NCBI GenBank assembly: GCA_964304625.1
Contig: OZ199839.1
Span: 2,358,093 to 2,422,092 of the forward strand
Source: Kudoa neothunni
Lineage: Eukaryota > Animalia > Cnidaria
Direction of reading: 5' to 3'
DNA length: 64,000 nt
In this document: positions 50,690 to 64,000 of the stretch, piece after piece
Numbering within the stretch: the first letter of the stretch is position 1
Layout of the letters: each line of letters starts with the position of its first letter
Notes under the pieces: model-generated
The model's input: the letters and a program-made list of their open reading frames with translations, nothing else
What the model was told of the DNA's origin: nothing
Databases searched by the model: none
Program-made: the position numbers and the translations under genes

Positions 50690-51250
50690 AATGTCTGAAA
50701 AAAGAATTCACAAATTCGTAATGTTTCAAGAGAAATATGATATATTTACATATTATAATAGTATACCCCCTTAAATAGAAAGATGGAACCTATTAAACAC
50801 TTCAAAATAGGATATATTTCAACTTTAAATAGCATTTTAGAAAAAAAAGGCTCAAATTAACCAGGCATTTAAAAGTCAATTGCTTCTAGCTAAACGAAGA
50901 TCAATGCGGACAGGAAAAGATGAGGACGCCGATCAACGTGTGTATGACTGGTTCGTTTGGATGAGGTCGGAAAGTATCGAATTATCGTCCATCGAAATAA
51001 TTAACAAAAGAAATGAGATAAATTCTTCTGAAAATGATTTAAAAAATGTTAGCTATGGATAGGATAGTTTCGTGGCTATAAAAATAGGTTCAACTTAAAA
51101 AAACCAGTTTCCATGTAGAAGCTAGCACGGTCCCATAGGAATCATTACAGATTAGAACACTCAATTTCTTTAAATTCTTGAAAATTATAAATAGGATCAA
51201 ATATAATATGTCGACGAGACCGCGCTGTTCTATCAGTTAACTCATCTTAA
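50690..51250 (+). pseudogene. Tigger/pogo transposase remnant (CENP-B-type HTH and start of DDE domain)
   Basis: KRRSMRTGKDEDADQRVYDWFVWMRSESIELS and IYNVDETALFY, with stops and frameshifts. Confidence 0.7.
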
Positions 51251-51485
51251 GTGATTCCTAAACATGGTTATTTTTGTTTCCAATAAATTGTTTTTCCGCA
51301 CATTAAATGGAACCCAAAAATTTTAAATAATATTATTTCCATTATAACGATTATTTTTTTTCGCGCCAAAAAAGTGCCTCATTATTTTTTGGTTTTGATC
51401 TAAATTATGAATATTCTCAAGTTGATGAATCAATAAAAGTCAGTTTTCATTCTATTTTTATCACCCGCGCACACAACAGCTACAG

Positions 51486-52207
51486 TAATTGACCGACCAG
51501 TCGTACGTGCATTAATTACTTTACATATTAAAAGGTTCTTTCGCATTTGAAATGATTTCCAAATGATGTGATGTTATTATAACTCGATTTAAATGATTTA
51601 TAAGCATAACTGGTACGAAAAAGCGAAAAATAAAAAGTCGCGTGAGGAATGGCCGTACGTTGCTTTTTGCGTTGACCGCGTGATTAAATTACGCGTTTTA
51701 TTTCCTTTTTTGCCATGATTAAACAAATAATAAGTTTGTATAGCTACATCAATGTGGCAGCTAGTTGAAAAATGAAGGATAAACATAGATACATGTTGTA
51801 GATACATAGTAATATGGTTTATAATAATGTCCTCTCTAATTCGTTGAGATATCGATGGCGCAATGACAGTCACTGCCCAATAATTCAGAAACGGATGATG
51901 ATTTTACTGATCAGACATTGCGCCTTTCAGAGATGACCTTATTTTATTTAGAAGGGCTTTGCAACTATTTTAAACATAATGGCTCAAAAAGTGGGAGTTA
52001 ATGTCTGATTCAATCCCAGATGTTTATTCATTTTTAAGTCTTAATTTTAAACAAAAAAAATAATTGTCTTTTATTTAATATTTAAGTTACAGCTAATTTA
52101 TTATTTTAATACTTTGCGTGCGCTAAAAAAGTACGTACTATCCGGTCCGAACTGGTAGTACGTACAATTTCCTCATCCCAAGGGGATTATGTACGGCCAA
52201 TCCATTA
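51486..52207. repeat. ~730-bp TIR-bounded dispersed repeat, copy 2
   Basis: Same-orientation homologue of 34744-35475. Confidence 0.7.
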
Positions 52208-52786
52208 TTGTATTACGAATTAGTAATCACCGACTGTATAAATTTTTTTACGTAACTATTTCAATTAATTAATACATTTTTTAGTTTATATATTTTTAGA
52301 TGACAGTTTATTTGCATTAAAAGGAGTTAAAATCATTTAATCAATCATTAAATTGTTATAGTAATCAAATTATCTGATTTTTAATTTTACTGCAGTTAAA
52401 ATGTGTAAAAAAATAATTTTTCAATAATCATTTTTTGAAAAAGCTAAATTAAAGAAATAAAAAAGTGCGATAAAAGTGGCATTTAACTAAGATAATGCGT
52501 AGTAAACTTTGTATATTTCTCCTCATTTTTTGGATAAGAATGACCTATAAAAATTTATATTTAATCTGATTTAATATTTTCACAATTAACTATTATATAT
52601 TAAGATTTCTATTTTATTAACTATGTAAAAAACGTATATAAAGTTATATAGGTTAATTGAATGGATTAGTGTATTTTTGGAGTTGTTTTAAGAGATTTTT
52701 CAATGTAAGTATTTTCTATAACGAGCTACTTTGGGCTATTAACACTAGTTTGTTTATATAGTAGATGTAAATGCACGCTATTTTAA

Positions 52787-53110
52787 CTAATCCCACGAAA
52801 TTTTAATGACTCTCTCAGTGTTGAAATTTCGAATATTCAATAGTCTCGACATTCGCATTTTTAAACCTCTATTCGAGATGTTTTCAAGGAATATTGACGA
52901 CGTGAAAAAAAGTTTAGATAATGGTGCTCTCCATTCGTGGAAGATGTCCATCACTAAGACTAAAGAACGTGGAAATTTTCCATCCATATTTACCAAAGAT
53001 GGAGGCGAAATCTCCCAACTCAGCATTATTATTTGCATGAAATTCAATAGATCGTTTAGATATAAATCTATGGTTGGCAATCGTCAACCCATAAAACTGA
53101 ATATATTTCA
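52787..53110 (-). pseudogene. Probable MULE (Mutator-like) transposase C-terminal remnant
   Basis: ISPPSLVNMDGKFPRS...HEW...SKLF resembles the FPPxLWN...PRTNNxxEGWHxxLN pattern of MULE transposases. It is degenerate. Confidence 0.35.
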
Positions 53111-55685
53111 CCGCAAGTTCAAATTTACATCAATATTAAAATTTACTCTCGTTAAGCTATATTTTCGAGGTTTTTAATGGAATAAATATATACTCAAAAC
53201 ATTTTTTGAAATATAAACTGATAATAATTAAGTTCCTATCAAACAGTAACATTTGTTATGTAGTAACAAGCACTAGAAGTTTCTATTCATAGGACATCAC
53301 ATTATTTTATCGTTTAAATCTGTGGGCATTACGCATCATATTTTCATCACATACGTGATTTTTAGAAATTGTGATGATAAATTTATGTGTTCTAGAATCA
53401 ACTAGATCGATTTGAATATAGTATATAATTCGAATTGAGAAAAGTTATTAAGAATATTGTTTCGTAATGTAGATTTCATAAAATATTTGTTATTGTTTTA
53501 TTACTAATATAAAATATACGGAGTCATAATTTCGATATATCTCAAGAATTAAACCTCCCCAAACTAAACCCATGAATATGATTTCTTTCATATTTCGTGG
53601 CTACATCTCACGATTGAGAAAATTTAGTTCGTGTTTCGAGAAAAATTTAGGCATGGTGTTTAATCCATTAAAACACGAACACTAACGGATACACGAAAGT
53701 ATATTGTCTACTTCAAATTTAAATAATCCTTCTTATTCCAACATAATTTTTTAGTTAATAATTTTATAAATATAACATATTTCATGTATATGTTATTTTA
53801 AATAAATTTGCAGCAATAAATATCTCTCCTTCTCTTTGAATTCTGTCATTTTTCGGTAAAATAATTAAAATATATCTTCCCATCATATTTTTTCACATTA
53901 ATATAAAACAAGAACTTGTGTAAAAGTGTGCCCAAAATTATATCTAATTAATTAACTAAATTTTAGACTTAAACATACATGTGTAAACATAGTCACTAGG
54001 TAACTTTCTAATTATAATTAACAGACATTCATAATAAAATAGATTAGACCATAAAAAAGATGTTTATCGTGTAAGAATTTCTTAGATTGATTTTTTAAAA
54101 ATCCATACATTAAAAAGTATTCTAGATAATCAGACACAATTATGAAATTTTTCATATATATATATATATATATGTTTATTATTTTTAACTAATGAAGCAT
54201 GGGATTAACACTATAGTGTCTAATTTTGTCTCTACAGACTGTTGGACGTGAATTTTTGTTTACAGAGCCAAGATAATTTTTTTAGTTCTATAGTAAGACA
54301 GTAGTAAAGATTTATCATGTCTATTAATGTTTTATTTAGCAAAAAATGTGTTTCCTTGAAGCTGTTGTGATAGTCGCAATTATGGCTATGTTAGTAGGAT
54401 TCGTCTTTACAAGAATGCAAGATCCTTGTAAATTACGTGGAAATAAATAACTCATAATTTTAAAGTATATCTATAACTAATAAAATATTGATTCCATTTT
54501 TGTTAGTCCATTTCCTCGATTAATTTTTTAGTGTTATAGTAAACCCTTTATGATGGGTGCTTTACAATATTATTGGCTAAAACATACTAATCTGATGAAC
54601 CCAATGATTTATAGATATATTAATACAAATATATGGCCAATATGATTTCATTTAATATATCCCTATTCATATAATAATATTATTTTCTTAATCATAATGA
54701 AATTTTTGTCCAAGATAAATATATATATTTCGATTAATTAGATTAGTTACACGCTTAATAATTAAATAAAATCACATAAACGAGGAATTTTTGTGTCTTT
54801 CAAATACGCTTATTAATAATAACTGATTATTATAATTAGGTGATATTATTAATTATATAATTTATAAATATATTTACATAATTAAAATTTGTTTCGTCCT
54901 TATAATTTTGCTTATATTATTATAGAAAAACAATCATTGTTATGTTATGTAATACTATTCATATATTCAATAATCATATCCCTTAGATCAGGTATTCTCA
55001 ACGGGAGCTAAATTTATCTTATAGCGTTAAATTTTAGATGGCAAGTGGTAAATTAAGTGACATCAAAATTTGATACCAGAAATTTTTGCTTACTACGGGT
55101 TCTTACGTACTTAAAGTTTCAAAGGAGTTATATTATTCAGTTAAATTGAATTCAATTAATATTTTGGTAGAAATGCTTTAAATATTTATAGGAGCAAGTA
55201 TTTAACAATTATTTAAAGAATTATTACGAGTCTATTTCTTTTATGCCTCGTTTATCTTATAGAGATGAAGCCTAACAATATTTAAATACGTTTAAAATCC
55301 CATAATAGACATGAATACGGCTTCCAAATTTAGAAGGTAAATTTAAGAAAAACGGTTGCTACCCGGTTGTTAAAGTCATCTCTCTCAAATTCATGGATTA
55401 ACAATAAAATAATGTCCATTTTATTGTTAATATGATTATTTATTTATCAAATTATTAAAAAACACTATTTAAAACTGAATCCATTTTTAATTCATTTATT
55501 AATGAAAATTTTACTATTCGAACAAAAATATTGTATATTTAATTATAATAAATTAAACTTAAAAAATGGGGAAAAAATAATTCGAAACATTTTCTTTATA
55601 TTTCCAAATAAAAGTTACAGCAATCCATCTTCCACGATAAAAATATGAAAATAAAAAGGACGAAAAATATTGACAATAATTTCAA

Positions 55686-58291
55686 CTATAAGCCAGAGTA
55701 ATTAGGCCCTCCACCATTTTCTGGTACTACCCAATTAATATTTTGTGTCGGGTCCTTAATGTCACAAGTTTTGCAATGGATGCAGTTTTGAGAGTTGACT
55801 TGAAGTATTTTGTTAGAGGGATTATTGGGATCGTTTATAAACTCATAAACGCCAGCAGGACAATAACGTTGTTCAGGGCAGTCGAATGTTTTCAAATTAA
55901 TATCACAAGGGGAAGAATCGTTTTGCATGGTGAGATGTGAAGGTTGATCGTATTCATGAGTAGTGTTTGTCAAGGCGACAGAAGACGGCAAATCAAAAGT
56001 GAGTATGTTGTCTGGTTTTGGATAATAGATTCTGGTGGAGACATTAGCTGGTTTCAAATATTCATGATCATGTTTTCTTGAAACGAGTGTAAAGGGTTCA
56101 TTTCCTTTGGTTAAAGTCCATACGATTCCAGCGTACAACATCATTCCGTACATACCTAATGGTGTATTGAATGAGGGTTGGAGGTTCCTAACCGATTTCA
56201 ACTCTTTAAAAATCCAAGAGTTCTCGAGCATATTTTCATAGTCAGTCAAGAGCGGACCTAAAATTGATTTCAAGTTCAAAAATATTCAATACTTAAAAAC
56301 AACCTAATATGGCTTTGTTTGTTCGCACCAACGAAAATGCTTGAAAAATGGCTTCGCCTGCCAAACTTCCACTTCCAATAGCCGTATGGATGCCTTGGAG
56401 TGCAGCAGGGTTGAGCAAACCTCCTCCACACCCAACAATACAGCCTCCAGGAAATGCAAGTTTAGAAAGAGCCTAAGATAGGTAATTACAATGACACAAC
56501 CACACATGCAAATAATCAACTTGGAATCCCCCTTTATTAACTGTTCTAGCACCGTAACCAATCCTTTTGCCTCCCTTTAATAATTTGCAATATTTAGGGT
56601 GGGTTTTCAAACGCTATATTACCGACTAATGAAACAGTCTCATCTATTTCCTAGTTACTTGCAATTCTTCGTAAGGATTTAGGTATGGATTTTGATAATT
56701 GAGGCCAACCTTCAAAATTTACTTTTAAATCAAGCGCATCAAGTTAAGAATTCAAAAGAATGATTGACTACTACGAGGCCTAATGACACTAATGGTTCAT
56801 CGTCCAAATAGTGATAAGCAAAAGACCCGCCATATGTGTCACTACTCTATGAATTGTTCAAGTATCACAATCCTTAACTAACAATTATTACCAAAGGATA
56901 TCCTACATTGTGCTCAACAAGTCCATTCAAATGATTTTTTGGATCAATCACCCACAACTATTCGCATCTGAATAGAATGAGTCACAATTTTTATAGGTTT
57001 TACTTCTTTCAAGCCTAAACTGTAGGATGGAGGGCTTGAATTTCGCCTGAGTTTGAATTTGTTAATGATCTGTTTGGTGAGGCTCCCATGACAACCTTCG
57101 GCAAGAACGGTGAATTTTGATTTAATGGCTAAACCCCTTTCAAAATTTTCCTGATAATTCAAATACACAAATAATAAGATTATTAGAATAAAATTAAATA
57201 AGTGGAAACCTTGGGAGATCCATCCCTATGAATTCCACTATCACAGATTCTAACACCTCCAGCCGAACCATCTTGATTGTAAATAATCTAATAAAATACA
57301 CGCTAATCAATATGGGCAGATAAGCTAATTGACCTCATTAACACCAAAACCATTGTACAATTCAACATTGAGAGATTGTGCTACGCGAGCTAGTTCTTTA
57401 ACTAATTTGCCCAGACTTATAATCGAGCAATGCTCATTATTTAAGGGGTTCGCTAAACCTCGAAATATAAATCAAATTTCGCAGTATAGTTACTTTTTGC
57501 CAAAGGAAAGGCAATAGAATGATTTTTAGTTAAAATATTGGTTTTATTTTTTGTGACCTTGGTAAAAATAGTATTCTACAATAATGAATCAAGTAGATAA
57601 AACTTTATAAAATGACTATTTAAAAAGAATTTATTATGATTAATTATTATTGTTGTTATATTTGATACTATCATAGATAGTGTGACTACTCAAAAATATA
57701 CATCTATTTTAGTTTTCCAGTTAGGTAACAATTGATCGAGAATATCAGGTTGGAAGCAAGCGCCAGAAATAGTGTGACCTCCTTGAATAAACAAATTTTA
57801 AAAATAATCACTTAGTCAAATAATCAATAGGCCAAATGGCGAATCAACTAAATCAACAATATTACCAAAATATGCGGATTTCTCGATTAACCCAATTCCA
57901 ATATTAATATTATTTTGTTGGGATAACTGAGCTAGTTTGATAGCAGTTGATAAACCGGCGACACCTCCACCAACAATAACTACATCAAACTGAATGCATT
58001 GTCCTTCAAGATCAGCACCTACAGTATGAATATCATTCGGCTGCCGGTATTAATGTTTGAATGAATTTGAAAGTAACAATTGGATTAATTGTAGTAGGAT
58101 GTAAATATACATTTCCAGCGATTGTCGTTTGTCCTAGGATTGATGAGATAATGTGTGGTGGTGTGATTTTTTGGATATTGAGACATTATAGGTTGGTGTG
58201 GCAGTAGCCACCTTGTTAAGCGTAGCATCATCCTCACTAAATCGGTTAATCCCTACGCATAACGTAAACACATTTTAAGCGCGATATACAT
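55686..58291 (-). CDS. ETFDH: Electron transfer flavoprotein-ubiquinone oxidoreductase, mitochondrial (multi-exon; start either 58291 or 58231)
   Basis: THYLINPR..D.RW, DVVIVGGGVAGLSTAI..IEK, GHTISGACF, AEGCHGSLTKQ, Y.LGLKE, and the C-terminal 4Fe-4S region PEQRYCPAGVYE..NCIHCKTCDIKDP.QNINWVVPE.GGGP.Y. Confidence 0.96.
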
Positions 58292-58467
58292 TGAAATTTA
58301 AATAATAGATAAAAGAAATTGTTGTTGGAATGAGTTAGAAAATATTTGTAATCATATTAATTGGTACAATCCACTCAATTTATTGATCTATAACCGGTCC
58401 ACACCACACGATATCAGTAATGCGGTTAGAGGTATCGCGCATTGTTGTATGACAAGTCTCTGTCGCG

Positions 58468-58728
58468 ATGATGGAAACCCCCGTCTATGAACTTGAATCA
58501 AAATACACCTTTAAAACAGTTGAACAAGCCGAGTACGTTTTACGATCGTTGTCCATAGACAAAGACTCACGTAAAGATGTCATTAAAGTGCTCTCAACTG
58601 ATGGTTGTAACTTCCGATTCAAGTTCAGTTCGGATTCTATTAGGCAACTGAAAATTTCTTATAGCAAGTTTCTCGATTTTTTAGAACTCGCTATCAACAC
58701 TGTAGAATTTTTTGATCCACGATTATGA
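58468..58728 (+). CDS. PCC1: EKC/KEOPS complex subunit Pcc1/LAGE3
   Basis: 86-aa intronless ORF with the Pcc1 pattern F.T..QAE.V.RSLS.D.D...V.K.L..DG......F......QL.IS...FLD.L.LA..T.E.F. Confidence 0.88.
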   Translation: MMETPVYELESKYTFKTVEQAEYVLRSLSIDKDSRKDVIKVLSTDGCNFRFKFSSDSIRQLKISYSKFLDFLELAINTVEFFDPRL

Positions 58729-60339
58729 TAAAATTGTCTTTTTTTGTTTGTCGTTATTGGATTGGGCGTTATTTTTTGCAGCCAATGACTATTTTTGATA
58801 GTGTATAGCTGGCTTATAGATTATAGATAAGGACTGTGATATATTTTTGGTTTTTAGATTAGATATGTATTATTTTTGAGTTGAAAAACTAAGGAACTCT
58901 AGGAGATTAGATATAATTCTAGAATTATTATTGGTTGGTTAGAAAGTACAAGATTCAAGATGTTACGAATTTAACTCATTATAAATGATTATGCGGAATT
59001 GTAAATAAATTGAAACGGTTAGAATTGGTTTTTTCAACCACCAACCCTTTTGATTGTTATCTGATTAGGTGATCTTTGTAGCTTTCAATAAATTTAGTAG
59101 TTAAAAAGATTTAAATGCAATTTTGAATAAATTTTGATTAAAATATTTTTTATTTGATTTATCTAGATCATAAAAACAACTAAATGAATACAGGCACGCT
59201 ATGAGTTTTAGAACGGATTAATTCTCGGTTCTAATTTAATATTTTTCTTTTTAAAAGGGGAATATTCAGTTAAGATTTATATAAATTGTTGTATATTAAA
59301 ATAAATAATTAATTAAGCATTGGTATTGCTATTTTTAATGGTTCAAAATGGTGGCTTTGAATTCGTTCGTACATAATCGGATTAAATCAAAGGCGTAACG
59401 TAAAGTCTACGCCGAACAATTCTGGGATTATTGGAAAGCATACAGTACTATGGAAATATTATTCTGCCGTTTTATTTGAGGTCTGTCATTATTTAATTTT
59501 CTTTGTACAAATATTTGTTGACTATAGAAATAATTATCGTACAATACGAACATTTAAATTAACATTATTTATGTTCGGTTAAGATCGAGAAAATTTTAAT
59601 CTAAAGTATGTAACTAACATTAAATGATAGTCCAATCTTATTAAAACGTGTAATACATTGAAAAGATTTTTATCTTAATGAAAAATACAATTTTTGATTA
59701 CCGGATCGAATATGGATGTATTCTATGTTAATCTGCATGAAACTTCATAACTGAGATAATGGTAATAAGGTAGGATGTGAAACCTAAAAAACACTCTTGT
59801 GCGCAACGATTTTTCGTCGATTATCTTAAGATTGTTTTTCATGAAATAAAATAATATCGTGAAAAAGAATTCGGCTAAACATGATAACATCTAATTTTGT
59901 TACAAAATACCGAATATAATAATGTTGGCACATGTGAGATTTTTGATGAATTCCCCATAAACAAAGAAAACTAATTTTATTTTTCATGTTTGAATTTTTA
60001 AGCTTATTAACTGTCTAATAGGTATTATTAATAATGTTTTGTTTTAATTTTATAGGGCTCAATTATTTAGACTTACACAATAAAAATTATAAATTACCTA
60101 TTCAATCAATATTTCAATATTGACTATGAACGTTTTAAATATATATATCGTTGAATTGTCCCTTATTTTAGTTTATATATTTTTTTGGTTAATTTATTGG
60201 AATTTCAAAAAAATTTACGATCATTTTATATACAAATGTTATCATGAAATTTTTATATCGGCAATTTAATTAATCTTCAATCTTTCTTTATTATATTTGA
60301 TATATTGTAGAAAAATATTTTGTAGTAGTTAGTATTTAA

Positions 60340-61068
60340 CCCTTCTATGCCCATTGTGCGGTATATTGAAAATTAACTTCGTCCATAATAAACATTAAAA
60401 TGTTGCTTTGCATTTGGTACAGACATAATTTCCATACAAATAGACACATGAAAAATTGTTAATATTATATTTTTTAAGAAACTTATTATTATCTAAAATT
60501 ATACGATTTTAAGTCTCGTCAGTAATCTGAACAACAGGAACAGGAGAACCTATTTTTGGCTGATCGCAATGGATCACGGCATTTGTAACTGTGAGGATAG
60601 AACCAGAAAAAGAACTTTGGAAATTATAGTGTTACCTGATGTCGATATATCTGAACCAGATACATATTCTGAAGACAATACAACATTTACAACATCAATA
60701 ATGAATGAATTTTCAGATGACAAAGAATGTCCATCATTTGATGATGCTGACACTGAAATCGACACTGGCCTTAAGTGGAAGAATCAAGATATTATTTCAA
60801 ATTCATCCCATCGGCTATTTCAATCAATTTGTTGACGATGATTTGATCGAATTAATTGTGAACGAGACAAATCGATACATCACAAAAAATAATTCGAATT
60901 TCAAGACAAACAGGTTAGAAATTAAAATTTATTTAGATGTCATAATTTTAATGAGGATTGCACGGATGCCTTCTTATCGATGCTATTGGTCGAAACATTT
61001 CAATTATTCACCAATTTCGGAGGTACATTCTAGAGATGGATTTGAACAACTGTCAAAATTTTTACATC
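60340..61068 (+). mobile_element. 5' part of a piggyBac (PGBD3-like) interrupted by another piggyBac
   Basis: TTAA|CCCTTC left end. Acidic N-terminus, then PIGYFNQFVDDDLIELIVNETNRY..YW..SRDGFEQLSKFLHL, cut at the TTAA at 61069-61072. Confidence 0.8.
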
Positions 61069-61072
61069 TTAA

Positions 61073-63040
61073 CCCTCGGAAGACGGAGCTCAAAAAACTA
61101 ACGCGGGGGACAAATGGGGTGCATTATGCATTCCTGAAAATTTTCATATTATTACGCTTTATTGATGCAATACATCGTTTAATTTGATTAAAAATTATTT
61201 ACATATTAAAAAGTTCCACCCAGAATTCAAAACAATATAGCTCTAAAGGAAAAAAAAACGCATTTAACTAATAAGAACGATCCATTAAAGAGACGAAGAA
61301 TCAACTTAATATTCAAGCGAAACATATTCAATAAAACAATAAAGCTCTCTATAAATTCTTAGAAGATTCAGCACTCTGTTTCAGTGTTTTTTTCACATAT
61401 ATACCGAAAGTCGAGCCGTCCAGGTTTATGTAAACTACCGATTATTCTCGTTAATCCCATATATGGATAATAAAATTAAATTAGCAGAGAATTCTTTCTC
61501 ACCTAATAATCATCGTTGCGTTGTAGTTTCCGATTCTATAACTTGGTAAAGACGAAATGTAACGTAGACAAATATTGATGCTTGAATAGAATAAATTAAT
61601 TTCATGTATAAATACTAATCTTAACGATATGAGTTAAGTATTTTAGTATTTATTTTCACTTGTAGCTTTCAAAACGTATTATATTATTTATTATTATTAT
61701 TATTATTAATGGGTTAAATTTAATTTTCAAAGCAGCATCGAACGCACGAAAATAAATATTCTAATTAAAAAAATTTGTAAGTTAGCTATTACAATTTTAA
61801 CTAAAACATGATATATTCATTGTGTAATTTTTATTATATTCTCGAGGAGACGAATACCATACATAAATGGACTTTTGAACTAAAAATTACTTCATAATTT
61901 AAAAAATCTGTTAAAATTAGACTATTTTTTGAACATTAGTTTGATTCCATATTACAACTAAGATATTGTATAACTTTTTTTTGAGTTCGATGCGAATGGC
62001 ACACAGACTTCTTGCATGTGTAGCATGAAACTCTGGACTTCCTGTCAATATTCCTAGAACAAAGTGTACATCTTGACTGTACTGGGATTAAAGTTTCTTC
62101 ATTAGAAATAGATGTTTGCCCGTCCTTGATGTGTTTGTTAAATATGTTGAATCCAAATTTAATGATAGTGATAAGTGTTGTGTTTTGCGCAAGGAAGGAA
62201 ATCAGTAATAAGTAATTCCGAAATAGATAGTTGGATAGGTAGTGGTGATCGTAATGTGTTGTCACCAGCGTGGCTCCCCCGCCTACCGACGATTTCCCCT
62301 TCTATTATTAGGAGGAACCAATTCCGGATTATGACAATAAGATGTCCTAAACTTTGACGACTCAAAACATTTAGTTTGATTAATTTAGTTACCAGCTCCC
62401 GAAGAGATATATTGATTTCCTCGAAAATCTCACGGATAGGTTCTAATTTGTCATGAGGGTGAATCGGCCCATCGATATTGCAGCTGAAAAAAGACTGCTT
62501 AAATAGGGGGTGAGTTTCCCAGAGGAGTTTGAAGGATATTCTAGACCCATTACAACGATCAGATGCAATCATAGTACCAAGAAAGGCCATTAATTCTTTC
62601 ATCGTTATTGCATTTTTATGTTTATACTGAGTACTTGATTGCCTGTACTTATTAGTGTAGAATAAAATTTTTTCTAACATAGAATCAGAAAAAACCAAAT
62701 GGAACGAAGATATAATTGACGAAATATTTCCTGAATTTCCTATGGGACCAGGCTTATCGATAACATGATTGTGGCAACTCATTCGTTTTCTTGATTTGCG
62801 GCAATATTTGATCACCGTCGACTTCTAAGTCATCAGAACTATTTTCTGATACCATAACTTTATCGAAAAATTAAATATTAACAAATTTTCATACAAACGT
62901 AAATGCACCTGCAGAACCCAAATGACAACGTTACCACTCGTGCGTTTTTGAAAATAATCCCCAAATAATCCTATGGTCCATAGGGCTCGGTCGGTAAAGT
63001 TATAAATATGATTTTTTAGGTTTTTAACGTATTTCATTTT
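61073..63040 (-). mobile_element. piggyBac with an internally deleted transposase; distal end not located
   Basis: TTAA|CCCTCGGAAGACGG terminus. Minus-strand ORFs give FSDSMLEKILFYTN..ELMAFLG..DKLEPIREIFE and Cys-rich RCTLCSRNIDRKSRVSCYTCKKSVC. The DDD core is missing. Confidence 0.8.
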
Positions 63041-64000
63041 AATTTAACTAGTGCTTTATATGTAAAAATAAATTTTATACTATGTAGTAACCATTACTTA
63101 TCATCATATATAATTTTTGAAGGTAAAGGATAACCTGCGTCATTTTAACAAGTAATATTAAACCAATTTCTTTCAAATTATCTATTTTAAATTTATAAGA
63201 TAAAAATATTAATAAAATTGCGAGATTTGATAAAATATGAATTAGATTCTTAACGTTTAAAAGATGAAATGTTTGATAATAAAAAAATTATCGTCGTCTC
63301 TTATGTTTACAAAATCCATTATTTCAAAAACAGCACAACCGTATAACTTTTTTCTTTGTTTCAGCAAAAATATCCGACAGTCAGTGTGATTTCTATGATT
63401 TTAAAAAGGAAAATAATTATACCACGACATAAACCAACAATTAATTTAAACGATTAGAAAATTTGTTATATCTTAGATTTTATTAGAAATGAACAAATAT
63501 TTAAATCATAAAGAGGTACGGTGATAAAATTATGTAGAATGTATGCTCTCGCAATGATTAATACAAATAATTTTGAAAAACAAATGAAGTACCGCTATAC
63601 AGAAATTAGAGGAATGAAAAAATTCTCGTTTAACGTGAAATTAAAAAATGTTAATTAGCCAAAGATAAGTTTCGAAGATACTAATATAACAAAATACGAG
63701 ACTAGAAAATGCAATTATGAAATAAATAAAACTGAATTCTACAGTTTATCGTAATTAATAGAATGAGTATTACATAAGTCTGACTGAGAATGTAGACAGG
63801 TGTATTTATGGATCATTTGTGGATTGTTGAGGATAATATTAATTGTAAAATTATTATTAGTCCATTTCTAGACGCAACACATAAGAAATCATGTGGGTCC
63901 ATAGTGAAATGAATATACGTATGTTGGTAACCAAGATTAAAAATTCGACGAAAACAACCGAGACCTGATTAACCACAAAAATTGTTAATAAATTTATGGC

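Noticed and set aside
52806-53177. 123-aa plus-strand protein gene
   Set aside because: No recognisable motif. It overlaps a minus-strand frame that better resembles a transposase remnant.
55743-55940. Antisense ORFs over ETFDH and the R genes (also 57329-57517, 13874-14068, 20858-21106, 38404-38607)
   Set aside because: They are shadow frames of real exons on the opposite strand.

Overview
Very AT-rich eukaryotic (probably animal) genomic DNA with miniature GT-AG introns of about 35-50 nt. That style resembles reduced parasites such as myxozoans or orthonectids, but the taxon cannot be fixed from this window. Positions ~2.6-46 kb hold a gene cluster the ORF track only shows in fragments. 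It has four intact, highly diverged, multi-exon (~10 exons) paralogues on + encoding ~800-aa type-I membrane proteins built from Cys-rich fibronectin-type-III-like modules (R1-R4). It also has two paralogues on - encoding secreted saposin-like proteins (S1, S2) that the ORF track misses entirely. The order is S1-R1-R2-S2-R3-R4. Intergenic space is filled with decayed, often nested transposons: at least 7 piggyBac elements, pogo/Tigger and hAT MITEs, two Helitrons, a tRNA-derived SINE and a probable MULE remnant. Near the right end are two head-to-head housekeeping genes, ETFDH (-) and KEOPS subunit PCC1/LAGE3 (+). All gene models were spliced by hand and are unverified by transcript data.
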